A stretch of DNA of 64,000 bases from an uncultured Hormoscilla sp. (lineage in GTDB: Bacteria > Cyanobacteriota > Cyanobacteriia > Cyanobacteriales > Desertifilaceae): the NCBI GenBank assembly GCA_963921275.4, contig OZ001293.3, forward strand, positions 416,001 through 480,000. The letters run 5' to 3'. The translations under genes and the position numbers were made by a program. The stretch's first letter is position 1. Each line of letters starts with the position of its first letter. This document shows, in pieces, positions 48,290 through 60,592 of this stretch. The notes beneath the pieces are model-generated. The model saw only the letters and a program-made list of their open reading frames with translations. It did no database searches and had not been told where the DNA came from.

Positions 48290-49711
48290 ATGTACGAAAA
48301 AATTACTCCTCCCGATACGGGTGCAAAAATTACCTTCCAAGATGGTCAACCGATCGTCCCTGACAACCCGATCGTGCCTTTCATTCGCGGCGACGGCACG
48401 GGGGTGGACCTGTGGCCTGCTTCCCAGAAGGTGTTTGATGCTGCTGTTCGAGCTGCCTACGGCGGTAAGCGCCAGATTACCTGGTTTAAGATCTATGCTG
48501 GGGACGAAGCTTGCGACAAGTACGGCCAGTTTCAATATTTGCCCCAAGATACTCTTAATGCGATCGCCGAATATGGGATTGCCATCAAGGGCCCCCTGAC
48601 AACCCCGATCGGGGGCGGTATCCGTTCCCTGAACGTAGCATTGCGTCAAATTAACGACCTCTACGCCTGCGTCCGTCCTTGTCGCTACTACCCGGGCACC
48701 CCCTCTCCTCACAAAACTCCGGAGAAACTGGACGTGATTGTCTATCGGGAAAACACCGAAGATATTTACCTGGGGATAGAATGGCGTCAGGGTACGGAAA
48801 TGGCTGATAAGTTGATTAAACTACTCAACAGCGAACTGATACCCGCTACTCCCGAACATGGAAAAAAGCAGATCCGCCTTGACTCTGGAATTGGTATCAA
48901 ACCCATTAGTAAAACGGGAAGTCAACGTCTGGTGCGCCGCGCCATCCAGAATGCTTTGCGACTGCCCAAATCCAAGCAAATGGTGACCTTGGTGCATAAA
49001 GGCAACATCATGAAGTATACTGAAGGGGCATTCCGGGACTGGGGTTACGAACTGGCGACGACGGAATTTCGGGTCTCATGCGTTACGGAACGGGAATCTT
49101 GGATTCTCGGTAATAAAGAAGATAACCCAAATATTACTCTGGAGGAAAATGCCCGTAAGGTGGAACCGGGATACAATGCCCTGACTCCAGAAAAACAGGC
49201 CGAAGCGCGATCGGAAGTGGAAAGCGTTCTCGATCAAATCTGGGATACCCACGGGAATGGCAAGTGGAAGGATAAGATCATGGTGAACGATCGCATTGCG
49301 GACAGTATCTTCCAGCAGATCCAGACGCGCCCGGGAGAATATTCCATCCTGGCGACCATGAACCTGAATGGAGATTATCTCTCGGATGCGGGGGCGGCCA
49401 TTGTCGGGGGTTTGGGCATGGGACCGGGGGCTAATATTGGCGATCAATGCGCTATTTTTGAGGCTACCCACGGCACGGCCCCCAAACATGCTGGTTTGGA
49501 TCGAGTTAACCCTGGTTCTCTGATTCTCTCGGGGGTGATGATGCTAGAATTTATGGGTTGGCAGGAAGCCGCCGATCTGATCGAAGAAGGCATCGGTAAG
49601 GCCATCTCTAATGGTGAGGTAACCTATGACTTGGCGCGGTTAATGGAACCCCCTGTGGAACCTCTGAAATGTTCTGAGTTTGCTGACGCGAGTATTAAAT
49701 ACTTCAAGTAG
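48290..49711 (+). CDS. icd: NADP-dependent isocitrate dehydrogenase
   Basis: [62 protein letters not shown]. Confidence 0.97.
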   Translation: MYEKITPPDTGAKITFQDGQPIVPDNPIVPFIRGDGTGVDLWPASQKVFDAAVRAAYGGKRQITWFKIYAGDEACDKYGQFQYLPQDTLNAIAEYGIAIKGPLTTPIGGGIRSLNVALRQINDLYACVRPCRYYPGTPSPHKTPEKLDVIVYRENTEDIYLGIEWRQGTEMADKLIKLLNSELIPATPEHGKKQIRLDSGIGIKPISKTGSQRLVRRAIQNALRLPKSKQMVTLVHKGNIMKYTEGAFRDWGYELATTEFRVSCVTERESWILGNKEDNPNITLEENARKVEPGYNALTPEKQAEARSEVESVLDQIWDTHGNGKWKDKIMVNDRIADSIFQQIQTRPGEYSILATMNLNGDYLSDAGAAIVGGLGMGPGANIGDQCAIFEATHGTAPKHAGLDRVNPGSLILSGVMMLEFMGWQEAADLIEEGIGKAISNGEVTYDLARLMEPPVEPLKCSEFADASIKYFK

Positions 49712-49779
49712 AAGTAAACAGTAGGGTGGGCACCGCCCACCTCGTCAGCAGCGCTGAGTACAAAAAGGACGGAAATGAA

Positions 49780-50058
49780 ATGGCAGAAGAGATAACATTG
49801 CTCCAAGTGAGAATACCGAAAGAGCTACAGGTCAGAAGTGAGGCGATCGCAGCTAGGGATGGTAAATCTATTCAAGAGTGGGTAACCGAAGCCATTAAAA
49901 TGAGGCTGCTATATTCAGAAAGCCAGGAAACAGAAATCTTAACTTCTGTAGAGAAAGCAGTAGTTTTTACTAACTGGGTAGAAAGCCACAGTCATAGTAC
50001 ACCGCTTCTAGACGATGCGGCGGTGAGTCGGGAGAGTATATACTTGGAGCGGGGCTGA
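49780..50058 (+). CDS. Putative antitoxin (RHH-like N-terminus)
   Basis: Small ORF ending AVSRESIY, coupled (TGATG) to a PIN toxin. Confidence 0.65.
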   Translation: MAEEITLLQVRIPKELQVRSEAIAARDGKSIQEWVTEAIKMRLLYSESQETEILTSVEKAVVFTNWVESHSHSTPLLDDAAVSRESIYLERG

Positions 50059-50501
50059 TGGCGTTTCTTATCGATACGAACGTTTTGCTCAGGAATGTTC
50101 AACCTCATCACCCAATGCACTCTTCTGGGGTCAGTGCAATTAGGATTTTATTGGCAAGGGATGAGGATCTTTGTATTGTGCCGCAAAACATAATTGAATT
50201 TTGGAATGTCTGTACTCGTCCTGTAGAGAGTAATGGCTTAGGGATGACCGCAGCACAAGCAGAGGCGGAAGTAAGAGAAATTGAGCGCATTTTTTCTATG
50301 CGGCTCGATCGGGCCCAGATGTATCAAGAGTGGCGAAGGCTTGTTGCTAATTATGCGGTCAAAGGAGTTAAGGTCCATGATGCTAAGTTGGTAGCCTCCA
50401 TGCTGGTTCATGGTTTGACTCACATCCTTACCTTCAATTTCAGAGATTTTGCTCGTTACTCAGAGGTTACCGCTGTGCATCCAGATGATGTGCAAGACTG
50501 A
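50058..50501 (+). CDS. PIN-domain (VapC family) toxin
   Basis: FLIDTNVLLR, QNIIEFW, VHDAKLVA, LTFNFRDF. Confidence 0.88.
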   Translation: MAFLIDTNVLLRNVQPHHPMHSSGVSAIRILLARDEDLCIVPQNIIEFWNVCTRPVESNGLGMTAAQAEAEVREIERIFSMRLDRAQMYQEWRRLVANYAVKGVKVHDAKLVASMLVHGLTHILTFNFRDFARYSEVTAVHPDDVQD

Positions 50502-50707
50502 GGAACAAGGGAATTATGGTTGTGCGGGATATCGACCGATCGCCCTTTGAGTTGCCCCTATTGACTGGGGGCGATCGCCATGACGTTTTTCCAGTCTCAC
50601 GGGATAGGCGATCGCTTGTTTATTGGGCGACTATGATTCTACCGAGAAGTATTGAAGGGGGGGTACGACTCACGTCAAAAATTAACCTTCTTAAATCTCT
50701 TATCCAA

Positions 50708-53235
50708 CTATTCCTCAAATTCTTGAGTCTTAAATTTTAGGGTTCGGCAATTCTCTGTGACTGTACGGACTATTTCATCGGGAAATCCTACCGTTCCGGA
50801 AAAATCGGGAATTTCTGCTTCGATTTCTAAGGTGACTTTTACGTTTGATCCATTCAGAGATGTTAGATGCTGGATGACTTCATTGGCGATCGCCGGGGAT
50901 GCAACGCCCTCTTTGATGGCTGCAAGTAGGACGTTTTGATTTTTTAAGCGGGGTAAGTAGGGGTATTGGGTGAGACATTCCCAGAGGCGTAAGAGTGAAA
51001 TGTGGTTACTATCGGACCACAGAAAACTGTCCAGGGCTTCCATCCGTAAGATGCTGGCGGCGCATTCGTCCAGCAGATCCCCTTCGTGGACTGCCTTTTT
51101 ACTCGAGCGATCGATCGGGGAGTCCTGTCCTTTTGGGAGTCGGGTTTCCTTCCATTCTATCGGCCCCTGGGGGTCTGGCTAGTTGGGCACCAGAAGCCAC
51201 TGATAAGTCTCCCGTCCGATATGATCGACATCCTGGGAAGATTGCTGGCGCTTGGTAGTTGCTTGTTTTTCCTGAAAAACATCCAGGTTGAGCACTTCCT
51301 TATCATTAACTATGGAGTTCCAAGCGAGGTATTGAGCGACATTTCGCTCTAGGTTCTCGATTTTGCTGTTGTCTGGTGCCAAAAATAATAGGGTGTTTTT
51401 GTGATAACGCTGACCGCTACCTTTGCGGTTCAAGACATTCTCTACCCATTGGCGGGCTGGGCTATCATTGCTATTGCTTATGTGGGGATACTGTGGATTA
51501 ATTACTACAAGTCGCACTCCTCTGGGGTCATCGAGAATATCGGCACTCTCCTTTGGTGCGATGTGGACTGCACAGAATTCTCCCTTTGATTTATCTTTTC
51601 TCAGGCGATCGCTAATTTCTTTCTTAATGCGTTCCTTCTCATCCAGGAACTGATGGGCCCGTTCTTGAGCTGTGCGGTTAACATTCGGTTGGGTGGAAAC
51701 CCAGTAGCGGTTACCATCAAGGTAAAGGTATGTTGCCCGATCGGTCAATCTTCGCAGGGCATCTCCGAAGATAGCAGCATTTTCCCCTGGTTGAACGCAA
51801 CCCAGCTTGATTTGATTGTCTTCTAGTCCACGGTTGGCCCCACGCAGTGTGGGGGCTGAACCCATATAAATGGTGCGGGCCACCCGGCGACAGGCGGAGT
51901 AACGACCCAGGTTGGGATTTTCCGAGTCCATCTCCAGGGGTAAAGAGTTGGGACCATCCACATCTTTTTCGATGATGGGAGTCCAGTTATCTTCTAAGTA
52001 GCGGGTTAGTTCCGACTGGACTCGCGGATCGTCCATGGCCATATCTGCTGGCACGATCGCCAGACTTGTGTTATCTCGTTCCCACAGATTATGAATCACT
52101 CTGGCCATTAGTCGCAACACCCCACGGGTGCGCTGGAATTTCTCTAAGCTGGACCAGTCCGAGTAGAGGCGATCGAACAGTTCGGGGTGAATGGGATAAG
52201 CATCTTTCATTCGCTGTTCGTATTTCCTTTCCTTGCATTTAATGGGAAACTCTTGGCTTTGAGTACGGTACATCTCGGAGAACGCCCGGACCACCGCATC
52301 CCGGTGGACTAACTTCTCGGGGTCCGTAGTCTGAAGAAATAGTCGCCGTCGCACAATTTCAAAACTCTCTTCTGCACTCGCAGGTTGCCAGGGAGACTCC
52401 ACTCGCCCGATCGCATTTTTCAACCGTTCCGTAGCTTCATGTCCTTTTTCGCCACCTTTCTCAATATCGGAGGACGGAATGCTAACCACTAGCAAAGTAT
52501 TCCGGGCATTTTTAGCTGACTCGCTTAGGGTTTGGGCAAAGGTAAACTGGGTGTCAAAACTGCCGGATGCCATATTGCTTTGTTCGTTTAACTGTCGGGC
52601 GTAGGAGACCCATTCATCTATTAAAATCAGACAGGGAGAAAAGCGATTAAACAGTACCCTCAGGGCATCACCGGGGTTAGTTGAGGTTTCGTCGGCCTTG
52701 CGAACTAACTGGTAACCTTCCGCCCCACCGAGTTGCCACGCTAGTTCCCCCCAAGGGTTTTGTAGGGAGTGATGCCGCTGGGTGGGAGTTTATTACCCAC
52801 CAGAACCGCGATGTTGATGTTTTGAAGCGGTTCTTTTAACTGGGTTGTTTGAAAGATCTGTTCTGTACCCGGAAGATCAGAGATTAGTCGGGCCTGACAG
52901 AGGTGATAGAGGGCCAGCATGGCGTGAGTTTTCCCACCGCCGAAGTTGGTTTGCAGTTCAATCACTGGGTCGCCGCCCTTACCACTCAACCGGAGTAGGG
53001 CATTACTCAAAAGTTGTTTCAACCCTTCCGTGAGATAGGTGCGACGGTAAAACTCACCTGCGTCCCGGTATTCATCGGAACCTTCATCCAGATAAACCTG
53101 CCAGAGGTCGGCGGCAAATTCTGCCTGCTGGAAGCGACCGGAGGCAACATCGGGGTGAGGTGTGGCAATTTCCCGCCAGGGTTTGAGTCCAGCAAGGGGT
53201 TGTCCTTCCGTGGGTTCGTGGTTGCTTATTGTCAT
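50708..53235 (-). pseudogene. DUF499 AAA+ ATPase (restriction-like defence operon), disrupted
   Basis: PWREIATPHPDV..EFAADL, QTNFGGGKTH, PCLILIDEW, YPIHPELF, FQRTRGVLRLMA, VTENCRTLKF; frameshifts and deletions. Confidence 0.85.
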
Positions 53236-53441
53236 AGGTTCCTCCTTCTGTTTGGGTAGTCAAAATAGTTTTACTCGTTCCCAGGCTCCGCCTGGGAACG
53301 AACACCGGAGGCTCTGCCTTCAAGGGGGTGCAACACGGTTTGCCCGCAAGTCCAGCGGTGGGCGTCACAACAGCCTGAGTCTTAGTTCTGGGGAGGGTAC
53401 TTTGACCTCAACCGGCACCCAACTGCAAACCTGTGCCCTAC

Positions 53442-53673
53442 TGTTGAGGTTTTGGACCTCTCAGTTGGGGGGTTTAAAACCTCTCGGTTGAAGTTTTGAA
53501 CCTCTCGGTTGAGGTTTTAAACCTCTCGGTTGAGGTTTTGGACCTCTTAGTTGGGGTTTTGGACCTCTCGGTTGGGGTTTTGGACCTCTCAATTGAGGTT
53601 TAAAACCTTTCACTTGGGGTTTTGGACCTCTCGATCTGGGTTTTGGACCTCTCGGTTGGGGTTTAAAACCTCT
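53442..53673. repeat. ~11 tandem 21-bp repeats (GGTTGAGGTTTTGGACCTCTC consensus)
   Basis: Directly visible periodicity. Confidence 0.85.
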
Positions 53674-53771
53674 CAAGAAGCCAGCATGTCTCTATATGTT
53701 CCTCCTTCTAACCGAGAAGCCTCTCACCAGACCCGATCGGACTATTGTTGAAATTGGGTTAATAACCAATT

Positions 53772-54383
53772 TCAAACTTGAATTTGATTCATCTTCCGAC
53801 TCATGCGAAAGGCTTCATTTAGCAAAGAAATTTCTAATCCGGGCAATACTCTTGACTCTCGAATTTTCTCGCTACTGCCATCTGCGATAGCAAAAGCAAT
53901 AACTTGTACATTGACCACGTCAACGATCCAGTATTCAGCGACTTGAAGTTCTTCATAGAGTTGGCGCTTTCTGCCTTTATCGTCAACAATTGAGGTGTTA
54001 GCGACTTCTATGGCTAAAGTCGGCGGTGGATATCTATCTAAATCAATAATAGAGGTTCCCCAAGGCACGACATCGGCGTTTTCGCCTGTATAACATGATA
54101 CATCAGGTTGAGCTTTTTTAACCCCTGTTTTGCGGTACGTGCAGTTATCTTTGACAGTGAGAGTCATGCTTTTAGTTGTGGCGAAGAAGCAGATCGCAAC
54201 AGTAATAAATGAATGGTCATTGGCGTGGTCATTACCTACTGGTGACATTTCAATTCTCAGTTCTCCGTTGTGATAGTAACCTTTTTCTTTTCTCTCGGTC
54301 TCATTTTCAAGGGCTTGGATGTACGAGTCCCAAGTAGCTTTAACCCAGGTCTCGGTCGGTATTTTGGTCTTTAATTTACTCAT
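53772..54383 (-). CDS. Uma2 family endonuclease (possibly slightly truncated)
   Basis: IEMSPVGNDH, AQPDVSCY, PPTLAIEVA, EYWIVDV, ESRVLPGL. Confidence 0.82.
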   Translation of the reverse strand: MSKLKTKIPTETWVKATWDSYIQALENETERKEKGYYHNGELRIEMSPVGNDHANDHSFITVAICFFATTKSMTLTVKDNCTYRKTGVKKAQPDVSCYTGENADVVPWGTSIIDLDRYPPPTLAIEVANTSIVDDKGRKRQLYEELQVAEYWIVDVVNVQVIAFAIADGSSEKIRESRVLPGLEISLLNEAFRMSRKMNQIQV

Positions 54384-54504
54384 GACTCGCTTCTATTAAA
54401 AAACAGTTTTTAGTCAATCCTATCGCGCAGTTACCGATAGCGCAGTGGTTCATATCCTAAATATTTTTCCTATGCTATATGTCCCTCCTTCTGTTTGGGT
54501 AGGC

Positions 54505-56940
54505 TTAAAACAGGCTGCCTTGAACGGGCTGAGATTGAAACTCTCTTGCCAAGCGGCTGATTTCTGGCCAGGAAATCACCAGACTATTATACTGAATGGC
54601 CTCTTGCCCCCAGCCTTTTCTGTCGCACAGGTTGTAAAGGCGATAGGCTAAGTCTCGGGCTATTTCGCCCCGGTCCCAGATTGCTTCGTTCCTCGCAACG
54701 CTGCGCGGTTTGGCCAGGAGTTCCGCAGCACCCTGTTCGCCCTTTTTATCCAGTTCGCGGATCAGGTATTGGGTTATTCCCCAGTCCGGCACATTGTCTT
54801 TAGGAACCCAGTCTGCAAGGAGTTCTTCTCGCTTCAGCAAACGCACTTTGCCGCTTACCGCTTCTAGCATGCCTGCTTCTACCATACCTTGAATGCTGGT
54901 ATTTTTCGCTTTGGATAAAGTTTCCGCTTCTCCATAGGACGCTGCCTTGTATTAATATTGCTCAAACCAGGTGAGGGCCCAGCGGGTATCGCTATCAAAT
55001 TCTTCTTCCTGTTCGCTGAGGAATTCGTCGAGAATTTGGTTGATCAGTTGTAAGGCCGTGCGGACCCCCATCCGGGAACCGTCGTTTTCCAGGACGGTGG
55101 CATATTTGGAGAAAACCTTCATCCCCGGTCCGATGCTAGCTTGGGCGAGGTCCACGGGGGCGATGTTGCCCTGTTGCAGGGTTTTGAGGGCTTTGGGAAG
55201 CGATCGTTTTAGTTGGCTGAGGAATTGGCGGCGGGTAGTTTTGGGCGCGTTTTCCGGGCGCGGGCGACAGACGAGGACAATGGATGATGCGAGGGCATTG
55301 GAAGATTGAGCACGCATTCGGCCACTCCTTTCTGTTCGCAGTGGCCAGGTGCCATCAATGCTAAAGTTTGTCTGCATTAACGCTTCGAGAATCGTTTTCC
55401 AACCTGTCGAAGCAACTTCCCCATTACTATCTGTTTCAGTTTGTTTGAGAGCATAATAAACTGTGACTGGATAATGGTGGTGGTTGGTTTTGTTAAGGCG
55501 ATTAAAAACTTTAATCAGGCTAGATTCAAAAAACTCTTTTGCCTTTTGGTGGCTGCCATGTCTGAACTTATCGGCAACCATTTCCCGTTCTTTGGGTACT
55601 AATAGGGTGCTGAATATGTCTAGATAAATATTGCCGATTGATTTGCGCAGCCACACATAGAAAAAATCTGATATATCAGCATAGGGTACCGCATCGTAAT
55701 ATGGAGGATCTGTCGAAATTAGTTTGGCTGTAGAGTCATCTTTATGGTTGGATGTCGCTTCATGTTGAGTAACTTTGGCTTTGGTGTTAGGAAAATTATT
55801 TTCAAGAACTTTTGTAATCCACTCAATGGCACCATTAAAGCTTCCTGTAGAATCACTGAATGGATTTGCTTCTGCAAAGTCCCAAACCATTGGTATTGCT
55901 TGTCTTACAAATGTATGGCCAATTTTATCCGCAGTGATCTGCCAAGAGCAAATTGTTTAATTTCTATCTGCTAGTCGGTCTATGGAGAATCCCAAATAAG
56001 TGGCGATCGCCTCACCATAAGCCTTATTACCCGCTGCATCTTGGGTCGCCCTCTCCTTTGCTTCACTCACCAAGTCACTGAATGTCGTTAAGGCAATCAA
56101 TTGGCGATCGGTGAATAGATCGCTAAATTTTGTCATGCCATAGCGAGGAACTGCCATGTATTGAGAATGTGTAGACAATTCTGTTTCGGGTTTCCATTCT
56201 GGTTGGGCAGAAAACGCAATCTTTTCCTGTGCGTCCGTCGGTGATAAATAAATTCTGCCTGGATTTCCTTCAGCAACGATCGCCATCAACTGCTGACCCA
56301 TGCGCCCTGCCCTTTCCTCACTGCGAACATGTTCCAAGGGCACAGGCGTACCACAAGCAATACACCGCGCACCCTTTCGTCCCACCGTCCTTTCCGGTGC
56401 TTTCCCCTTTTCGGTTTTCACCTCAAACCTAATTTTGAGATCATTTGTTTTTTCTTCCTTCTCCACCATTGGATCAACCCAAGCCTCTTTCTTCGTCGAA
56501 AGCGAAAAACTCTTCACCAAGGGCATCTGACACCCACAGGCCGGGTTCGGACATTTCACTGTCCGGGCCCATATCCAGGCAATAACTGTCTTTCCCTCTA
56601 CTTGCGGGTACAAATGTTCAATGCGCTTAAATGCTTTATCCCGCATCCACTGGCCATAATATCGGACATCAGCAGCCAACCCCTGGGTACCTTTCCAAGA
56701 CTCCAATTCTTTCCGCTTCTGGTCTTCGGGGTTTACAGGAGGACGATCCTTAAACTTAGGCGGAATTTCAATCAGGGCCTTATTGATCGACACCGCCACT
56801 GGATTGAGATCGCTAGCATGGGCCTCCAATCCCAACCGTTGGGCCTCCAATGGGATAGTACCGCCTCCAGCAAAGGGGTCATAGGCAGGTGGGGCATACT
56901 TAGCAATGTATTCTCGCACTGCATCCGGGGTTGTCGGCGT
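54505..56940 (-). pseudogene. DUF1156 adenine DNA methyltransferase, disrupted and lacking its N-terminus
   Basis: DPFAGGGTIPLEAQRLG, TVKCPNPAC, WDFAEANPF, STDPPYYD, NALASSIVLVCR; stops at ~55957 and ~54952. Confidence 0.88.
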
Positions 56941-58175
56941 AATTCACCATCAAATGGGCCCTTTGCAGATTTATCCCTTCCCCCGCTGCATCCGTAGCAA
57001 TCAAAACATCAACTGTAACATCTTGCTTAAAAATATCCTCCGCCTTCTTGCGCATCTCCCGACTCATGGTACCATGAATTGTTGTCACAACTGACGGACG
57101 TCCCAAAGTTAAACTCTTCCCTCACGTACTCAGTGACTCGTTTGTAGAAAATTGATTCTAGATCGGAGAGGGCATACTGGACCGTATGGGCGCGACGTTC
57201 GGGAAAAAGGGGTAACCCATCAAACTTAAGTAAATCTTCCTTCACCAGGCGACGGATCATGTCTAAATTATCGCAGAAATGCACCCCATCCCGAAAACGC
57301 CCTTCAAAGCGATCGCCGTCCAGGAGGGCCAGGAAAAGTTGAAAATCCTCTTCCTTGCCATTGTGGGGAGTTGCAGTCATCAACAGGAAATGACGAGTGA
57401 GAGTAGCCAGTTGCTTCCCCAGTTTATAGCGCTTAGTTTCCTTGATTTGATTACCATAAAACGAGGCAGACATCTTGTGGGCTTCATCCACAACCACCAG
57501 ATCCCAATCTGTTTGGTCAAGTTTAGCTTGGCAGATATCACTGCGACTTAACTGATCCAGTCGGGCAATGACCAGGGACATTTCCGCCAAAGCATTTCCC
57601 GTCCGTGCTGCTTCCAGGCGATCGTTCGTTAAAATCTCAAAGGGTAGATGAAACTTCTAAGATAACTCATCTTGCCACTGCACCGCCAAGCTACCAGGAC
57701 AAACGATCAAGCAGCGTTGCTGATCTCTTCGGATCAGCAACTCGCGGATAAATAGCCCGGCCATGATCGTTTTCCCGGCACCTGGGTCATCTGCCAGCAG
57801 AAAGCGGAGGGGCTGACGGGTCAGCATTTCCTCGTAAACTGCGGTAATTTGGTGAGAGAGGGGTTCCACGAGGGATGTATGGACGGCCAGCAGCGGGTCG
57901 AAGAGGTGGGCCAAGCGAATGCGGTGGGCTTCCATTACCAGTCGTAACAAAGCCCCATCACCGTCAAAACTCCAAGGTCGTCCGACTACTACTACTTCCA
58001 GATCCGGTTCGCGATCGCGATAGAGAATTTCCGTGTGGGGCTGCCCGTTCGTATCCTTATAAGTTAGCTCAACCACATCACTGCCGTGCCACTTGGCATC
58101 AATGACGGTGATATTGTGGTTTGGGAGGATACCTTTAACAGTTGCACCCTGGGTGAGGTATTCGAGTTTAGCCAT
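56941..58175 (-). pseudogene. SNF2-family helicase, internally deleted and truncated
   Basis: LLADDPGAGKT, VVDEAHK, LMTATPH, IATDAAGEGINLQ; stop at 57657. Confidence 0.88.
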
Positions 58176-58253
58176 GTTTGAGAGATTTCAGTAAACTTAC
58201 TCTGTGCAGGACTTTTTGCTTGACAATTTGTACAACACTATATCTAAATAGTA

Positions 58254-58720
58254 TTAGATATAGGGATTCTTTGAGCAAGTGGACGAACAGACAGATGTAG
58301 TCATGATCGGGAGTGGGGTAGGTGGTACCTCCGGTAGAATCACAGCAATATCCTCTGGCTGCACCTGGCCCTGCTGTACTCCGAGAATAATCGCCTCGGC
58401 AGCTTGCCGCAACAGCTGCGATCGGGATATAGTTTGAATGGAATGTACGGTCCCGGCAGGCAAGTCCACGGCAGGTACAAACCCTCCACCCACTAACTTT
58501 ATACACCCAGTACTCAATTGGGGTGCCAAACCGCTGACAGGTTCCGATGCCAGGTTTTCCACTTGACAGCGCGAGGCCAGATCCTCCATATATAGGGGGT
58601 CGGCACCCAAACCCAATCGGATCCCCCCAGTCGAATTATAAGTAAAGACCCCTACCGCCCCCTGGTCAGAACCTGTTGATCGCGTAGGCGTAGCCGTGTG
58701 CGCGCAGCGCAATCCTCACG
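58254..58720 (-). pseudogene. Internal fragment of a conserved cyanobacterial protein
   Basis: GGIRLGLGADP..SIQTISRSQLLR..GQVQPEDIAVI; both ends unrelated; small insert at ~58682. Confidence 0.45.
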
Positions 58721-59069
58721 ATCTCTCCCAGTCGCTGGATACTGTCGCTGGATACTTTTGAGCCGCACCCATCACTTGACGGGACAAAATGTCGATGTCT
58801 AAAGGGCAGTACTCGTACTGTACCCTTTAGACATCGAAGCCGACTCTGGGCTTTTTCCCTAAATGGCGTTGGCAGAAAAAGTCGCTGCCTGTGTTCACGC
58901 CCCTTAACGATAGAAATATTTTATCCGGGAATGACTTGCTCATTCCCGGGAGTGACTCAGTCATTCCCGGGAAAAATCACTTATTTCCAGAACTAACTAT
59001 TTATTTCCTGGAGTGACTGAGTCATTCCACCGAGTACGAGACTCATTCGGTGGCGGCAAAAGGTTACTC

Positions 59070-59195
59070 CTTGGCGGGAGTAAGCACCGCTTTGGCGGGA
59101 GTAAGCGCCGCTTTGGCGGGAGTAAGCGCCGCTTTGGCGGGAGTAAGCGCCGCTTTGGCGGGAGTAAGCGCCGCTTTGGCGGAAGTAAGCGCCTT
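59070..59195. repeat. ~6 tandem 21-bp repeats TTGGCGGGAGTAAGCGCCGCT
   Basis: Near-identical head-to-tail copies, no spacers. Confidence 0.92.
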
Positions 59196-59250
59196 GGCCG
59201 GGGTAAAATAGAGGTTTCGATGTTAAGATAGAGTAAGCTAGAACTAACAG

Positions 59251-60143
59251 ATGACTCAAAAAGCCGACATAGGTAGTAAACGCCTGATAGGTCTTGACCC
59301 AGATCGGTGGGTACAATGGGTGACCCAGATTCCCGGGGCCACCGCACAGGAAATAATTTCGACAGATTTCCAATGGGTAAGCAGGGCCTCAGATGTTTTA
59401 GTTCGTGCATCCAGTCCAGAAGACGGGGAATTTCTCGTCTTAAACGAACTGCAACTATACTAATACAACAAAATGCTTCGTCGGGTGCGGGCTTATACAG
59501 CACTGGCAGAAGAAAAATATTAAATACCGGTTTATCCGGTGCTGATTAACATCCTGAAACGGGGGGAAAATCCGGCCCCATACCCACATGTTACTCATTT
59601 CAATTCCGTAATATCCAGGCCCACCAAGACTATCGAGTCATTAATTTTTGGGAAGTGGATGTGGATCTAGTCTTCCAACAACCCATCCCTTCCCTACTTC
59701 CTTTCGTCCCCATTTTCAAGGATGGAAGGAAAGAAGCAACAGTCCGACAAGCATTGAAGCTGTTGCGAGAGGATGAAAAACTGAATGAGTTGGAGAATTT
59801 GCTAGCATTTTTTGCTACTTTTGTATTGGAGACAGAAATAGTACAACAAATCATGAGGTGAGATATGGCAGTATTACAAAAATTACCCTGGTATCAGCAA
59901 ATCTTGCAAGAGGGAATGAATATTGGAGAAAGTCGAGGACTCCAAATTGGAGAAAGTCTAGGACTGCTTTCTGGAATCACAATGGGATTGGAATTGAAAT
60001 TTGGTTCTTCAAAAAATGCACTGATTCCAAAAATTCGCGCTGTCAAAGATATCGAAGTGCTCTCAAGAATTATCGATGAACTGAAAACTGTCCAAACTCT
60101 TAAGGAATTGCGCCAAATTTACCAGCGGAATAACTTGATATAG
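59251..60143 (+). pseudogene. Rpn-like (putative transposase/PD-(D/E)XK) protein, several stops
   Basis: ADIGSKRLI..FQWVSRASDVL..LNELQL*, PVYPVLINI, DYRVINFWE, LLPFVPI, PWYQQILQEG. Confidence 0.78.
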
Positions 60144-60592
60144 GCGATAACCATTAAATTCCCTGTGTCAAATAGCGATCGCCCTCACTTTTCTGAGAGA
60201 AGAGGTGCGATCGCCAGTTTCCGGGATCGCCCTTTATCCTGAGAAGCGATCGTTATTATGCCACAGCCTCTATCCCCAGTACCGTCGGCCAATATCGGAA
60301 AGATTAATAAAAAATTAAAATAGTGAAAGACAAAACTTTAGATAAATTATCATTGTATATGTTAAGATAGAGTAAGCTAGGACTAACAGATGACCCAAAA
60401 AGCCGACATAGGTAGTAAACGCCTGATAGGTCTTGACCCCGAGTGGACGGGGATGTTGGTGGTGCTGGCATGGAAGAGTATTTATCCGAAGTTGTTGCAC
60501 TAGTGTAAAATTAGGGTAAGATGGGAAAATGCAAGGGGCGATCGGGCAATTTGCTTGTGGATTGCCCTTGACTACAGATAGAGTCCGAAATT

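Noticed and set aside
53461..53751. RGPKPQP repeat protein
   Set aside because: Translation of a 21-bp tandem repeat without a convincing start
59013..59503. Repeat-rich ORFs (GGSKRRF, RRLLPPK, YSRQSGA) or a CRISPR array
   Set aside because: Products of a stop-free 21-bp tandem repeat read in several frames; no spacers
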